A DNA stretch of 64,000 nt from Felis catus (GCF_018350175.1 NC_058383.1:20958001-21022000); one strand, 5' to 3'. Positions 13,998 through 27,730 are shown, numbered from the stretch's first letter. Numbers and translations: made by a program. The notes: generated from the sequence alone by a model not told the origin.

Positions 13998-14205
13998 GGG
14001 GACACCTGGGTGGCTCCGTCGGTTGGGTGTCCGACTCCCGGTTTCAGCTCAGGTCATGATCTCACGGTTTCCTGAGTCTGAGCCCCGCATCAGGCTCCTG
14101 CACTGTTTGGGATTCTCCCGCTCTCTCTGCCCTTACCCCACTCGAGCTCTCTCTGTCTCTCTCAAATAAATAAATAAACTTAAAAAAATAAAAAAATAAA
14201 AAATA
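13998..14205 (+). mobile_element. Can-SINE
   Basis: TSD aaaagtacagattctgg. Confidence 0.92.
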
Positions 14206-16757
14206 AAAGTACAGATTCTGGAATCAAAGAGGTCAGAATCTTGGACCTGTCAAATACAAGGCACGTCACCTTGCACAAGTCATTTGTAACGTCCCTTCTA
14301 GAAGTCTGTTTCTTCGTCTGCAAAATATGGACAACATTTCATAAAGGCTCATAAGATGATCTACCTACAAACACTGCACAAGGCCTGGGACACAGAAGGC
14401 AAATGTATCCATTGTAATTAAGTTTTAGCCAAGGGCAACCGAAAACCCAAATTATCATGGCTTCTGCGATACAGAAATTTCTCTCTGTCCTATCCAGAGA
14501 CTCTCACTGGACTGTTCTATCTGTTCCTTCATCCTTCTCAAGCTGGGGCTTTCTCACTGTAGTGCTGACCCTGTCCACAGCCAAGACAAGAGTGTCCTCA
14601 TAAGGATGTTCCCAGAAGTCACAGCCAGCAACCTTATCAGCCCTGTAAACAGGAGGAAGGCTGGGAAATACGATCTTTATTCCAGATTGGCGTGCCCACC
14701 AAAAATGGAGAGACACACAGCGGCCGCTTTCACAGCAAGACAGTGAAGGGGGAAATCTTACGTGGAAATTGCGCGTTTTATGGCAAGGAGTGCCTCCATA
14801 AAAGATTCTACGGGCAAACGTGACCGTGGAGGCACCATCCACGGCAACTCGCTTTGTCACGGTAACAGGTGCATAAATGTTATCCGCTGAATTTTAAAGA
14901 CAGCCACCATGGCCATACCACATGCGACCCTCTTTCATCATGGGTCCTCGGTGAAACTGTTCAGCTCTGGTCTCCCCCCAGGCTCTGCTGATCTCTTCCC
15001 TGGTCATGGTGGGAGAGAAGCCTCCCGAGGCCCCTCCCATCACTTGAACATGTCCGCATCGAACTGTGCACTCATAAAGCAACAGGTGCCAAGCTGGACT
15101 TCTCAGGGAGCCCCAGGGTCAGACTTCAGCCTGCAGAACCCCCACGGGGCAGGTTGGGGGACACGGGGGACTCAGGTTCTGCTGCACCTGACAGACGGAG
15201 GACTTTCCCCGTCTGGCACAAACCAAAATCTAATCTTGCTTTAGAGCTAAGGCAACCCTGCCACTCCAGTTAAATTCGCTTTGGGAAAAGTTAAAAAAGG
15301 GATCTTTGGCCTCACGGAGAATTCTGAAGTCTCACGGAGAAAGGATTCTGCAGCAGTTCAAAGAGAAAAAAGGAAGTATTTACTTTTTTCCCCCTTTCAT
15401 GCAGAGGAGAGAGGAGCCTTGAGTATTATTTTGATAATAGAAACAAACTAAAGTCGAAGTAAGAGCATCCAAGAACGATAACCACACTCAAACTGCCTGT
15501 TTTCTTTCATCTCAGGGTAACTGTACGTGGAATCACCATCCCTATTATTAAAAGCTTTTATCAAGGGCCAGGAGGTACCTGGGGCACTAAAGGGGCTGTT
15601 TTACTAAATCTACATCATTACTTGGGGATCGCACAGAGGTCTTTCCCAAGAACTTAGAAATAAGATTGCCTGGTGACAACTTATCAAAATATATCACATC
15701 GTATCATGATTTTAACAGTGCCTACTCCAACCATTCTCTCTAGAGACCTCTGCGCTCAACAGCACAGAACACCCACCCTCCGCGGCCTAGTCTATAAACG
15801 CGAAGGATGGAAATCCTTCATGGACAGAGACGTCCGTGAAGAGGGGCGGTTAAGGCTGCCAGGATACGGCCCTCCAAGGAAGCGCAAGGTCGAGATGCCA
15901 AAACAACGAACTTGACCTCTGGGTCGCGTCACGGACACGTGCTCACAGCCTAAGGGCTAGAAGTCAGCAGGTCCGGCTCAAGGGTGTTCCCAGCTCTGTG
16001 ACCTTGAGCTGTGCCCTCCAACATCTCTAAGCTGGCGTTGGCCCGTCTGAAAAACGGGGTAGTAACAGGACGACACAGGCATAGGATAGCGCAAAGATTA
16101 CGCACAGGGCTCAGCCCGGCAGGTGGCCAGCCGGCATGGGGCGGCGTTAACTAAAGGCAGTGCCATAGCGGTGTGTGAAGCATCAGTAACACCTCACCGG
16201 TGTCACCAGACCGTATCAGTGGCCACATCTTACTCTACCGTATTAATCACTCAAAGGGAGGGACACGCAGCCGGCTCCACGGTGGCCGCCACCTGGGAAT
16301 GAAGCCGGCAGGGCAGGAAGGAGGATGTAAGCAGCGAAAAGAGGAACCGTTTTCACTTTTCTTTTCATGTGTCTGTTAGTGCGTTTTGCCTCTAATACCA
16401 GCTCACGTTACTTTTACGATATGTTTTTTTTTTTTCAAGACTGGCCTCTAAGAATTCACTTTTCATTGCGTCTCTTAATAGATCAGAGCAAAGATACGCA
16501 AAGTCTTTGGAAGGAAACTCTTGAGCCTTGGGGGCTTGAGTGTCATTCGGCTGGAAATAGTAACACATCTAAAGAAAGGATGTGACTATCTCCGAGCTGG
16601 GGGTAGGGATGTCACGGGGTCCCATCAATGGTTTTGGAAGAACAGGGGCAGCAGGGGTGGCAAAGGCACCCAAGCAGCCCGGGGGGGATGGGGAAGTGGG
16701 GCCATGAGACCCAGATTTCCAAGCCTGTCCTCCAGGCTCCACACTTGGCTTTTGCTG

Positions 16758-17148
16758 TGTTACGGGCTGAACTGTATCCCTCCGAAACCCATGTGTTCGA
16801 GTCCTAACTCCCAGTACCTCAGAATGTGACTGCATTTGAAGACAGGGCCTTTCAAGAGGCAATAAAGGTAAACTGAGGTCATTCGAAGGGGCCCTCATCC
16901 AACATGACCGGTGTCCTTGTAAAGAAAGGAAACATGGACACAGACACACAGGGAGAAGACCGCACGGTGACACAGACAGAAGACACCATCCACAAGTCAA
17001 AGCGAGAGACCGCAGAAGAAACCGGCCCGGCCAACGACACCTGGATCTTGGACTTCCCAGCCTCCCGCACTGTGAGAAAATCAATTTCTGTCGTTTCAGC
17101 CTCCCGGTGCGTGACACTTTGCTACGGCAGCCTGAGCCGCCTAACACA
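16758..17148 (+). mobile_element. MaLR solo LTR (MLT1B-like)
   Basis: tgttacgggctgaactgtatccc...cagtacctcagaatgtgactgcatttgaagacagggcc...ttggacttcccagcctcc...ctaacaca. Confidence 0.85.
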
Positions 17149-17482
17149 CTCTGTGGGCGATTCTTCTGCCGTCCGTGAACTTGTGTGCGGTCAGGCCCTA
17201 ACCCTCGGGGGTAGCCCACTGTATTGCTTTCGTGATCGCAAAAATCGTTAAAATTAGATTGTGTGAGTAGACTTTAGACCCGGAAAGAGGAGTCATGATA
17301 CACTTTTAGGTGGAAGAAAACAAATATACATTTCTGAAAGAAAAGGATCTCTATGTACTTTGGAAATAACGAAAACACTGACCTACTAAGAATAGTTATC
17401 TTTGGGTGATAGGGGTTTTTTATGCTTTCCGTATTTTGGAACTGTCTTTGCTGAATACATATTATTTAAAGAATAATAATTT

Positions 17483-17922
17483 GGGGTGCCTGGGTGGTTC
17501 AGTCAGTTAAGCATTCGACACTTTTTTTTAAGTTTATTTATTTGGGGGGGGGCGGAGAGAGTAAGCAGGGGAGGGCAGGGAGAGAGGGAGAGAAAGAATC
17601 CCAAGCAGGCTCCATGATATCAGCACAGAGCCCGACTCAAGGCTCAAACTCATGAACCGTGAGCCGAAATCAAGAGTCGGGACGGTTCACCGACTGAGCC
17701 ACCCAGGTGCCCTTAAGCGTCCATCCGACTCTTGATTTCAGCTCAGGTCATGATCTCGTGGTTCGCGGGATCAAGCCCCACATCGGGCTCTGCCCTCACA
17801 CTGCGGAGCCGGCTTGGGATTCTCTCTCTCCCTCTCTCTCTCTGCCCCTCTCCTACTCATGGGCACACAGACACATGGGCTCTTTCTCTCAAAATAAGAT
17901 AAACAAGCATTTAAAAAATAAA
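17483..17922 (+). mobile_element. Can-SINE interrupted by an antisense SINE
   Basis: Head at 17483-17520; remainder at 17713-17922. Confidence 0.9.
17521..17712 (-). mobile_element. Can-SINE nested in the SINE above
   Basis: T-tail at 17522; reverse head ...ccacccaggtgccc. Confidence 0.9.
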
Positions 17923-19771
17923 GGATAATCACCGAAGTGAGATCCTAGCGTATACTATGTGGTCTACCAAGGGCTGGGCAGTCAGGAAGATCCGTACAGG
18001 ATTGTGAGCAAAATACAGAGTCTGATGGTGAGACTCTGGGATTCGTGTCAGGATCCGGGTGACTTTGGGGAAGTTACTGAAGTCTCCCTGTCTCGTGTGT
18101 AAAACGAGAATATGCACAGTCTCTCTCTTGGGGCGGCCATGTTGTTTGTGGGGACGGCATGTGAAAGCTCTTGGGATAACAACCATTCGGTCCATGGCGC
18201 CATGATGTTTGTTACAAAGGTGAAGAAGGGCAAAGCCCCAGGATTAGCCAGTGCCCGTCAGCAGGACGGGAGGAAAGTCCATGGGTGCGGTGCATGCGGT
18301 GTAGTTGGGGGATACGAAAATAGGAGCCAGGCCTCAGAAGTCCTTCTGCCCCATGTCAGCTGGCTTGCACTTTATAAAGACGGGGGGATGTTCACGTCAC
18401 AGAGCTTTGTGACGAGGGAGTGAAGTCATTACCGAAATCCTAGCCAACGCCCCTTCATGAAAACAATTTCCAAAGGCGGTTGCCAACCTCGGGGGGCGGG
18501 GGGGGGGGGGGGGAGAATTCTTCATCAGGAACAAGAACGCGGCCATGACGTCACGGAGCAGAATAGACCCTGCCACCAGCCCCTCCCTGCAGCGACATCA
18601 CACAGCCCAGGGCAGCAGGTCGGAAGCCTGAGGAAGAGAAGAGAGGCTTTCCAGCCCTCACACTGCCTCGAAATAGCCTGGGCTGATGGGATGTTTTTTT
18701 CCTCCCTTTCTTTTTAAAAAAAGAGACAGCCCAGGGCAATCCTCATACCTCAGCTGCCCCACATGGAGAAGGGGAAGCTGAGTCACCGGGTCTCTGAAGC
18801 TGCCAGCTCTCAGCAGGGCTCGGAAAATCAATATCTCTCTCTGAAGTTATCCAAAGTGCTGAGACCTTTAAACCAAACTCCAGTAGGTAGACATTATCAA
18901 CAGTCTTTCACAGCCTTAAGAGATGTGGGTTTATTTCCCAAACAGCCTCGAAATGCGACAAGGAGAGCTATTCTCTAAGAAGCAGACATGTGCAATCTGG
19001 CTGCTAGAGTGGCTCCCAGAGAATCACAACTCTGTCTGCCGGCAGACGCAAGAGACAGCTGGACTCGGGGAGGTGTGGACGCTACTATCCCCGGGCACCT
19101 CCTCTCCGAGAAGCCGCACGGCGTGTGGCTTCCAGGATGCACACCTAGTGGTCAACGTCGCTGGTCATCGGGGGACGTGCAAATCCGCACCGCAAGGACA
19201 CATCGCCTCACCCCTGTCAGAACGGCTGGAATCAAAAAAGACCAAAAAAAATAAAAAAGTAACAAGTCTTGGCAAGGACGCGGAGAAAAAGGAACTCTTG
19301 TGCACCGCTGGTGGGAATGCAAACTGGGGCAGCCGTCGGGGAAAACAGTATGGGTCCCCCACAAATTAAACAGAGAATTTACTGTGTGATCCAGTAATCC
19401 CACTGCTGGGTATTTATCCAAAGAAAACAGACACTGATTTGAAAAGATATATTCATCTTCTCGTTTATTGCAGGGTTATTTACAACAGCTCAGGTATGGA
19501 AGCAACCCGCCGACAGATGAAGGGATAGAGAAGATGTGATACACACACACACACACACACTCACACACACACAGTGGAAAATTACTCAGCCATAAAAAGA
19601 ATGAGATCTTGCCGTGTGTGACAACGTGGATGGATCCAGAGGATATTATGCTAAGTGAGATAAGCCAGTCAGAGAAAGACAAATACCATGGGATTTCCAT
19701 ACAGGTGGAAGTTAAGAAACAAAACAGAAGAACAAACATAGGGCAAAAAAGGGACAAACCAAAAGACAGAC

Positions 19772-19989
19772 TTTTTTTTTTTTAATGTTTATTTGTTTTT
19801 CAGAGACAGAGAGAGACAGAGCACCAGCAGGGGAGGGGCAGAGAGAGAGAGGGAGACACAGAATCCGAAGCAGGCTCCAGGCTCCGAGCCGTCCGCACAG
19901 AGCCCGAGGCGGGGCTTGAACTCACAAGCTGTGAGATCATGACCTGAGCCGAAGTCTGATGCTCAACTGACAGAGCCACCCAGGTGCCC
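19772..19989 (-). mobile_element. Can-SINE
   Basis: Reverse head and body, inside L1. Confidence 0.93.
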
Positions 19990-20135
19990 ACGGAATACAG
20001 ACTCTTAAATACAGCGAACAAACTGGTGGTTGCCAGAGGGGAGGTGGGGAGGGGGGAGGGGTGAAATAGGGGTAGGGGATTAAGAGTACGCTTTACCGTG
20101 ACAAGCCCTGAGAAATGTACAGAAATGTCAAATCA

Positions 20136-20354
20136 GGGGCGCCTGAGTGGCTCAGTCAGTTAAGCGTCTGACTTCAGCTCAGGTCATGATCTCACGGTTT
20201 GTGGGTTCAAGCCCCGCGTCAGGCTCTGTGCTGACAGTTCAGAGACTGGAGCCTGCTTCGGACTCGTGTCTCCCTCTCTCTCTGACCCTCCCCTGCTCGC
20301 ACTCTGTCTCTCTCTCTCTCTCAGAAATAAACATTTAAAAATTTAAAAAAAAAA
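20136..20354 (+). mobile_element. Can-SINE
   Basis: TSD agaaatgtcraat. Confidence 0.93.
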
Positions 20355-21061
20355 AGAAATGTCGAATTATTATACAGTACCCCAGAAACTATTTTAACCC
20401 TGTGTGTTCATTAGACTTAAAAAAAAAAAAAAAAGGAAAAATTTGGAAATCTAACAACAACAAAAGAAGAATGCATGCCTGGTTCTCAAAACAAAACAAA
20501 ACAAAAAACAAAAAACAAACCAAAAAAAACACCGAATGTGTCAGAAGTCTTCAGAATCTTAAGTCGTGAGAAATCTGGAAAAGACGTGTCTTTCTGAAAA
20601 CAAAGCGTTCAGATCTATGTGCCTGACTGAGGCTGGCTGACCGGGAGGAGGTATTTTTGGTCCTCCTTCTCCGTATCCCCATCTCGCGTCCAGCAGGCAA
20701 ACCAGGAGAGGAAAAAAAGGCCGGGGGCCCTCTTTTGGGGGGGAGCGGAGGGGACAGCCAGACTCCCACTCCAGGGCCAGGACATCCTGAAGGCCAAGGT
20801 GGGGAGGGATGAAGTCAGGGGAATCTGGAGGCTAAGGTGCTGGAGGCATCCAAGTTCAAGGGTCACCCCAAAAACTGGCCCGGACCTAATAATTGAGCCT
20901 GGGGCTTCAGAACCTCTGGGTCCCCAAGATTCCAAGGAATCCCCACTAAGGAACCTTCAAAAGATCCTTCGTGACAGAATTTTCACTCACACATGCTGGC
21001 TGAGGATGCAAACTTTGCCTGGTACCGGTGAGAACTCTACAGACCATACACTAGGTACGTA

Positions 21062-21551
21062 TTTTTTTTATATTAAATAGAATTTATTGTCAGATTGGTT
21101 TCCCTACAACACCCAGGGCTCAGCCCAACAGGTGCCATCCTCAATGCCCATCACCCGCTTTCCCCTCTCCCCCACCCCCCCATCAACCCTCAGTTTATTC
21201 TCAGTTTTTAAGAGTCTCTTATGGTTTGCCTCCCTCCCTCTCTGTAACTTTTCCCCCCTTCCCCTCCCCCATGGTCTTCTATTAAGCTTCTCGGGATCCA
21301 CATAAGAGTGAAAACGTATGGTATCTTTCTGACTTATTTCACTTAGCACAATACCCTCCAGTGCCATCCACGTTGTGGCAAATGGCAGGATTTCATTCTT
21401 TCTCATCACCAAGTAGTATTCCATTGCATATGTAAACCACATCTTTATCCACTCATCACTTGATGGACATTTGGGCTCTTTCCATAATTTGGCTATTGTT
21501 GAGAGTGCTGCTGTAAACATTGGGGTGCGTGTGCCCCTGTGCATCAGCACT
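21062..21551 (-). mobile_element. 5'-truncated carnivore/felid L1 (about 490 bp)
   Basis: Perfect 16-bp TSD actaggtacgtatttt at 21050-21065 and 21552-21567; ORF track shows L1 ORF2 C-terminal peptide (TPMFTAALSTIAKLWKEPKCPSSDEWIK). Confidence 0.95.
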
Positions 21552-21654
21552 ACTAGGTACGTATTTTCAAACAAAGCGTCAAGATGCTAGATGTGACGAA
21601 GGAACTGGTCTTCTCAAAAGGTGGACGTATTTTCATAAAACGACTAAAGAAAGA

Positions 21655-21862
21655 GGGGCGCCTGGCTGGCTCAGTGGGTTGAGCATCCGACTCCGGCTCA
21701 GGTCACGATCTCACAGTCTATGAGTTCGAGCCCCGCGTCGGGCTCTGTGCTAACAGCTCAGAGCCTGGAGCCTGCTTTGGATTCTGTGTCTCCCTCTCCT
21801 CCGACCCCACTTATTCTCTCTCTGTCTCTCTCTCTTTCTCTCTCAAAACTAAACAAACATTA
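21655..21862 (+). mobile_element. Can-SINE
   Basis: Head, (CT)n, tail. Confidence 0.93.
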
Positions 21863-21878
21863 AAAGCAAAAAAGTCTA

Positions 21879-22093
21879 GGGGCGCCTGGGTGGCGCAGTC
21901 GGTTGAGCGTCCGACTTCAGCCAGGTCACGATCTCGCGGCCCGTGAGTTTGAGCCCCGCGTCAGGCTCTGGGCTGATGGCTCAGAGCCTGGAGCCTGTTT
22001 CCGATTCTGTGTCTCCCTCTCTCTCTGCCCCTCCCCCGTTCATGCTCTGTCTCTCTCTGTCCCAAAAATAAATAAACGTTGAAAAATAAAATT
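21879..22093 (+). mobile_element. Young felid Can-SINE
   Basis: TSD taaaagcaaaaaagtcta. Confidence 0.96.
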
Positions 22094-23184
22094 TAAAAGC
22101 AAAAAAGTCTAACAAAAGCATGAAAATTAAAGCACACTTCCTTCCATATCAAAGGCCTTGACCTTAAATGAAAAGAGGAGGATGACCTAGAATCAGGGCG
22201 GTTCCAGAAATTCTGGGCTATCCAGTTATGTTAAGATTGATCAAATGTCAAATCGCTTTCCCTCTCTTCTTGAAGTGAATCCGAGCAGGAAGGCTTCATG
22301 TCACCGAACAATTTCACTTGCTATTTGAAGCATTCTCATGTAAAACCGACAACTCCTTTAAATTTTCCCAGGCAGCTGCTAGGGGTTGCTAAGGAAGTGA
22401 CAGAAATAGGAAATATCGTAAATAACTAATTAGTGATTTCTGAGGGGCAGGCTCTCTAGGTTTGTTCTTTCAGGATCTCTCACAACTTAGGTACAGAGAC
22501 TAGACAAGTTTCTGGTCTCTTCTCTCCCTCTCTCTCTTTTCCCCTTCCTACTTTCTTTTCCACGTTAAAGAAGGGATGCAGAACCTTCAAGCCGGGAGAG
22601 GGAGATTCTGAGCCGCTCTGTGCCCACCCTGATAGAAAGACACAGAACAGGACCCAGGCCTCCTACCTCCAACGCAAGCCAACACAACAATTAGTGTGCC
22701 TGTTTTGTTCGGTTGTGCCTTGGGGAAAGATTCCATTTGAACAGAAGAGGCTGGAAACAGACATCTGTTGTTTGGATACCAGCACCCATTTCCCTCCCTG
22801 GATAACCTCATCCTGGTTCTGGAAAACGCCCCCAGGGGAGCCTCATTAGGGCTCCGTTCTCCTCCTGTCACTGGCCACAAACAAGGACTGGCCACTGGAC
22901 GTGAGAGATCTGGGGACACGGTTTAAGCCCTAATGAGGCCACCCCAGCCCAGGACTTCTCAGATACAGAAGCCATTTAATTCCATTCTGGTTCATGCTTT
23001 GTTCAGACTTTACCTGGAATTTCTGTGTGTTTAAGCCAGAAGAGTCGTAACCCATAAAAATCTATAGCCGAAACCAAGTTTCAAGCCACAGGGAAAGATT
23101 TTCTTCAAACACGCTCTCATATGTTGTGACTTGGGGCAATTTCTTCCTCCCGGCAGACGAGAGGCGAAGAAAGGAAAAAAAGAA

Positions 23185-23380
23185 GGGCTCCTGGGTGGTT
23201 AAGCGTCCGACTTCGGCTCAGGTCATGATCTCTCAGTTTGTGAGTTCGAGCCCCGCATCGGGGTCTGTGCTGACAACTCAGAGCCTGGAGCCTGCTTCGG
23301 ATTCTCTCTCTGTCTGTCTGCCCCTTCCCCACTCATGCTCTGTGTCTCTCTCAAAAATAAATAAACATTAAAAAAATGTT
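23185..23380 (+). mobile_element. Can-SINE
   Basis: Head with small deletion, body, tail. Confidence 0.9.
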
Positions 23381-23673
23381 TTTAAAGAAAGAAAGAAACC
23401 GGAAGAAAGACACAATCCCAGCAACACCTAGGAGCACCAAGCACAAGAGTTGAGGGGAAACTTGGAAGAAGGAGCTGTCAACACAGTGATACATACATGG
23501 ATGAGAACCAGGAGGTTCAGAACAAACGCACTGCTCTGGTCTAAATAAGAAACTCAGTCGTTCTGGGCGACGTCGTGGGATTTGCTGGTCGAAATCACCA
23601 TGCAATTTTCAGATGTGAAGTGGACAGGGCACCCAGTTAAAGTCCAGCACGTGTGTTATAAAGGTATTTTCTA

Positions 23674-23850
23674 CTCCCTTACGACCCAGCAATTGCACTA
23701 CTAGGAATTCATCCAAAGGATACAAAAATGTTGGTTTGAAGGGGCACATGCACCCCCATGTTTACAGCAGTGCGATCAACAATAGCCAAGTTAGGGCAAC
23801 AGCCCAAATGTCCATCGAGTGATGAACGGATAAAGAAGATGTGGGGGTGT

Positions 23851-23899
<49 letters not shown>

Positions 23900-24312
23900 A
23901 TGGAATATTACAGGGTCATTAAAAAGAATGAAATCTTGCCATTTGCAACAACATGGATGGAACTGCAGGGCATTATGCTAAGCGAAGTAAGTGAGTCAGA
24001 GAAAGATACATCTCATATGATTTCACTGGTTTGGAATCTGAGAAACACAACAGATGAACACGGGAAGGAAAGGAAAACTAAGATAAAAACAGAGAGGGAG
24101 ACAAACCATACTCTCTCAAATACACAGAACAAACTGAGGGCTGCTGGAGGGGACGTGGGCGGGGGGATGGGTTAAATGGGCAATGCGCATTAAGGAGGGC
24201 ATTTTCGGGATGAGCACTGGGTGTCATAGGTAAGACATGAGTCAGTGGGTTCTGCTCCTGAAACCAAGACTACACTGTATGTTAACTAATTTGAATTTAA
24301 ATAAAATAAAAA
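23674..24312 (+). mobile_element. 5'-truncated carnivore L1 with internal (CA)n
   Basis: TSD ataaagrtattttcta; ORF2 end (KKNEILPFATTWMELQGIMLSE); 3' UTR and A tail. Confidence 0.93.
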
Positions 24313-25029
24313 ATAAAGATATTTTCTAATATTAAATGTGTCAACATTCACATATGGTAACGTGATTATGTTCGTGGTTTGCTCATATCCAAATAGTCAC
24401 AGGAGCGCTCAGAAGGAAAGACAAGGGCCACCTGGTGATATTCTCTCTGTATCTGAACACACAGAACTGGCTGAGAAGAGGACAGAGTTTGTACCAGAGT
24501 TTGCTTGTTTCAAAGATGCTCTAAACATCTGTATGGGTGTCTGTTTACTGTTTACTTAAAGTGAACTTTTATAAAGACTCTTATTTTACTGGGGCAAACA
24601 TGCAGGGTTAACCCAGGTTGGAAGGAGCAAGGAACCACCCACACCTGTGATCTCAAGAAACGCTGTACTTTGGACTCAGCCCATGTCCCATGATCACCAC
24701 CTAGTGGCTGTATACTTAAATAACAGGTATAGCGGAGCCGTAAACATCTTTTAAACTGACCCCAGTGATGTCAAGGTCATTTTGTGGCACCAGATCAAAA
24801 ACCAGACTCTCCTCCAGAATGGAGGGCTTAGGAACCAGGAAATTAAGACACCAGATTTCTGGGTAAGGGTGGAGTACCACTGAACGTAGGTGCATATTAA
24901 TGGCAATACTGTATATACGAGCATCTTCCAGTGAGTGGAGCCTTTACCAGTAGGAGCGCATGAGTCCACGTGGTAAAGGAAAAAGCCATGCTGACGAGGA
25001 GGCAGGCGAGCAGAGGGCTCAAACGAAGA

Positions 25030-25420
25030 AAGGATGTGAGCCGCACAATTATCTACGGAAAAGCAATACAGGCGGCCGGAGCCACAAGTGCAAAGGCCCT
25101 GAGGCAGGGCCGTGTTATGCTTCTTGGGAGGCTAGTGTGGCTCAAGCAGAAGACAAAGAGAAGAGGCCAACGGATGTGGTTGAAAAGGCAGGCAGGGCTC
25201 AGATTCTGTTGGGTCCGTGGACTATAGTCAGGACTTAGAATTTCCTTCCAAGTTGACAAGAAACCACTGGAAATTTCAAGTACGGGAGGGATACAGTCTG
25301 GTTTATGTTCTAAAACGATCACTTACTACACTTACTGTGTGGAGAGCAGGCTACAGAGGGGCCAGAGTGTCAGCAGGGACAGGAGCAGAAGTCTACTGCA
25401 GAAGCATGGGGAGGGGGAGG
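25030..25420 (-). mobile_element. L2 fragment
   Basis: aagtgcaaaggccctgaggcagg ... tagtcaggacttagaattt ... aaaacgatcact. Confidence 0.6.
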
Positions 25421-25635
25421 ACGGTACCAAATAAACAGATACATAGATAGATACATAACACGCTAGATACATATGCACATAGGCAGACAAATATATATAT
25501 ATATGTATGTACATAACAGACAAACGCATGTATATGTATGTGTATCTCCACCCCATCCAACGCATTTATAGTAAAGATAAAATCTTTACAAACCTTTTAA
25601 TTATTATTTTTTAAGTAAGAGAATCAATACACGGG

Positions 25636-25800
25636 CAGCTCGTGAGTTTGAGCCCCGCATCGGGCTCTGTGCCGACAGTTCGGAGCCTGGAGCCTGCTTC
25701 GGATTCTGTGCCTCCCTCTCTCTCTGCCCCAACCCCCTCGCATTGTCTCTGTCTCTCTAAAAAATAAATAAAATTTTAAAAAAATAAAAAATAAAAAAAA
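25636..25800 (+). mobile_element. Can-SINE, 5'-truncated
   Basis: Body from cgtgagtttgagccccg to the A tail. Confidence 0.9.
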
Positions 25801-26224
25801 TATCCTGTGAGCCCCTAAAATAGTTTGGTATTCCAACTGCAGAATATATGCCTAATTTATTTATATCAACTTATTTCACCCAGCTAGCCAGCTCTACCCC
25901 GTGATAGAAGAGAATAGAGAGATACATACAGGAAGACCATATTCTGGTGTTAGTTACGTTAATGGAAGCCGACTGTCCCCCAGACCCCTTCTCTCCTCCT
26001 CCTTGGGCCCAGAGACACCCGATACGGTCCCCAGACTGCTCTGCCACTGGATGTGGCCACACAACAAAATTCTCACGGACAGAATGCGAGCGGAAGTTAT
26101 GGGTGTCGCTTCTGCCTCGTGTGCTCACAAAGAAATCCCTTCCTGGACTTGCACCCTGTTTATCACCGGCTGGAACGCGGCTCTGATCTTGCGGAAGAGA
26201 AAAACCCTCTAAGGTGGGGGGGGC

Positions 26225-26440
26225 TCTCCATCAGAGGCACCTTGTCCCCACCACAGGACATTGGGCAAGTCTAGAGACATTTTTGGCTGCTAAAATTGAG
26301 GGTGAGGGACTAAGTCCTGGCATCTGGGGGGGGGGGGGGGCAGAGAGGTTGCTAAACGTCCTACAAATGCCCCAGACAGTCCCCACGGTGAAGAATGTCC
26401 CAGCACAGAATGCCAACAGCGCTGAGGCCGAAAAACCTTG
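26225..26440. mobile_element. MER20-like hAT DNA transposon
   Basis: ggacattgggcaagtctagagacatttttggctg...tgctaaacgtcctacaaatgc...aatgccaacagcgctgaggccgaaaaacc. Confidence 0.8.
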
Positions 26441-27029
26441 CTCCAAGGCCCTGTTGCTCAACCTCTGTGTATCATCATCCCCCAAGTATGTTCTCAAAAT
26501 GCAAATTCGGCTTCAGAAAGTTTGGGAGGGGATTGAAGAGTCTGCTTCTCTAACGAGCTCCCTGGGCGACGGGCAGAGGAACAGGACAGAAAGAACAGAA
26601 CGTGCGTCTCTGAACGACCTTGGGGAGCACGGCTGCCCCGGCAGTCTACACTGGCTGGCTGCCGTGCCCACGCGGGGCCGCTGCGCAAACACGCGCAACC
26701 TGAACTCCCTGCTTGCAGCCTGTGCTTCCTCCGGGTGACTGGTCGCCAGGCAGCACTGACCGCTACAAACTCTGAATATCACCTTTCATTATGTAGGAGA
26801 AAAACCACCCATGGCATTTAAGCCACCGCGTGTTGGGGTCTCTGCGTTCTGGCACTTGTGTTTTCAGCCCTAACTAGCACAGGGTCCATCTGGATGCTGA
26901 CGTCTACGTGGCTGTTTGGCAAGAGGCCTACAAGGGCCCAGAAGGTGATGATTTTCCAGGAAGGGAGAAAAAAAGCAAGGGAAGAAAAGAAACAATAAGG
27001 GGGCCGCCGGAGATGTCCGAGGAGAGGGT

Positions 27030-27730
27030 CCCACTGCTGTGACAAACGACCACAACGAGCCGACGGGCTTAAGAGTTCTGGAAGTCGGTTAAGAGTTCTG
27101 GCTCAGTCGGTTAAGCGTCCGACTTCGGCTCAGGTCATGATCTCACGGTCTGAGTTCAAGCCCCGCGTCAGGCTCCGTACTGACAGCTCAGAGCCTGGAG
27201 CCGGCTTCAGAATCTGTGTCTCCCTCTCTCTCTGTGTCCCCACCCCCCCGCAAAAGTAAATACACATTAAAAAAAAAAGAGTTTTGGAAGTCAGAAGTCA
27301 GAAGTGGGTCTCCTAGAGCTAACATCAAAGCATCAACAGGGCTGCGTTCCTTCTGGAAGCTCTAAGGGAGAATCGATTTCCTCCCCTTTTCCCTCACTTC
27401 TGGAAACTGCCTGAATTCCTTGGCTTAGGGCTCCTTCCTCTAGCTTCAGAGCCAGCAACAGTGGGCAGAGAGCCTCTCGAACCGCCATCCCCTAGTTCTC
27501 TCCCTCCGCCTCCCTGCTCCACTTGAAAGGATCCTTGAGATCACAATGGCCCGTCCAGGTGACTCCGCAAAATTCCCACATCAGGGCTGGCTCTGTAGCA
27601 ACCACAATTCCACCTGCGGCTTGGTTCCCCTCTGTCACGCAATCTAGCACACGGACACGTTCTGGCCGGCCGTCAGGATGGGGGCATTTGTGGGGAGGGG
27701 GGCATGATCCCGCCTTTCCGGCCGTCAGAG
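27030..27730 (-). mobile_element. MaLR LTR (MLT1C/D-like) interrupted by a SINE
   Basis: ctgctgtgacaaacgaccacaa...cagggctgcgttccttctggaagctctaagggagaatcg...tttgtggggaggggggcatgatcccgcct. Confidence 0.75.
27099..27278 (+). mobile_element. Can-SINE, slightly 5'-truncated
   Basis: TSD aagagttytggaagtc. Confidence 0.92.

Larger units (their letters stand above)
19130..20430 (+). mobile_element. L1 3' fragment (ORF2 end + 3' UTR) interrupted by two SINEs
   Basis: ctcttgtgcaccgctggtgggaatgcaaactgg; ccagtaatcccactgctgggtatttatccaaag; attatgctaagtgagataagccagtcagagaaagac. Confidence 0.9.

Noticed and set aside
21104..24175. ORFs resembling the L1 ORF2 C-terminus
   Set aside because: 5'-truncated, degenerate L1 fragments; not functional genes
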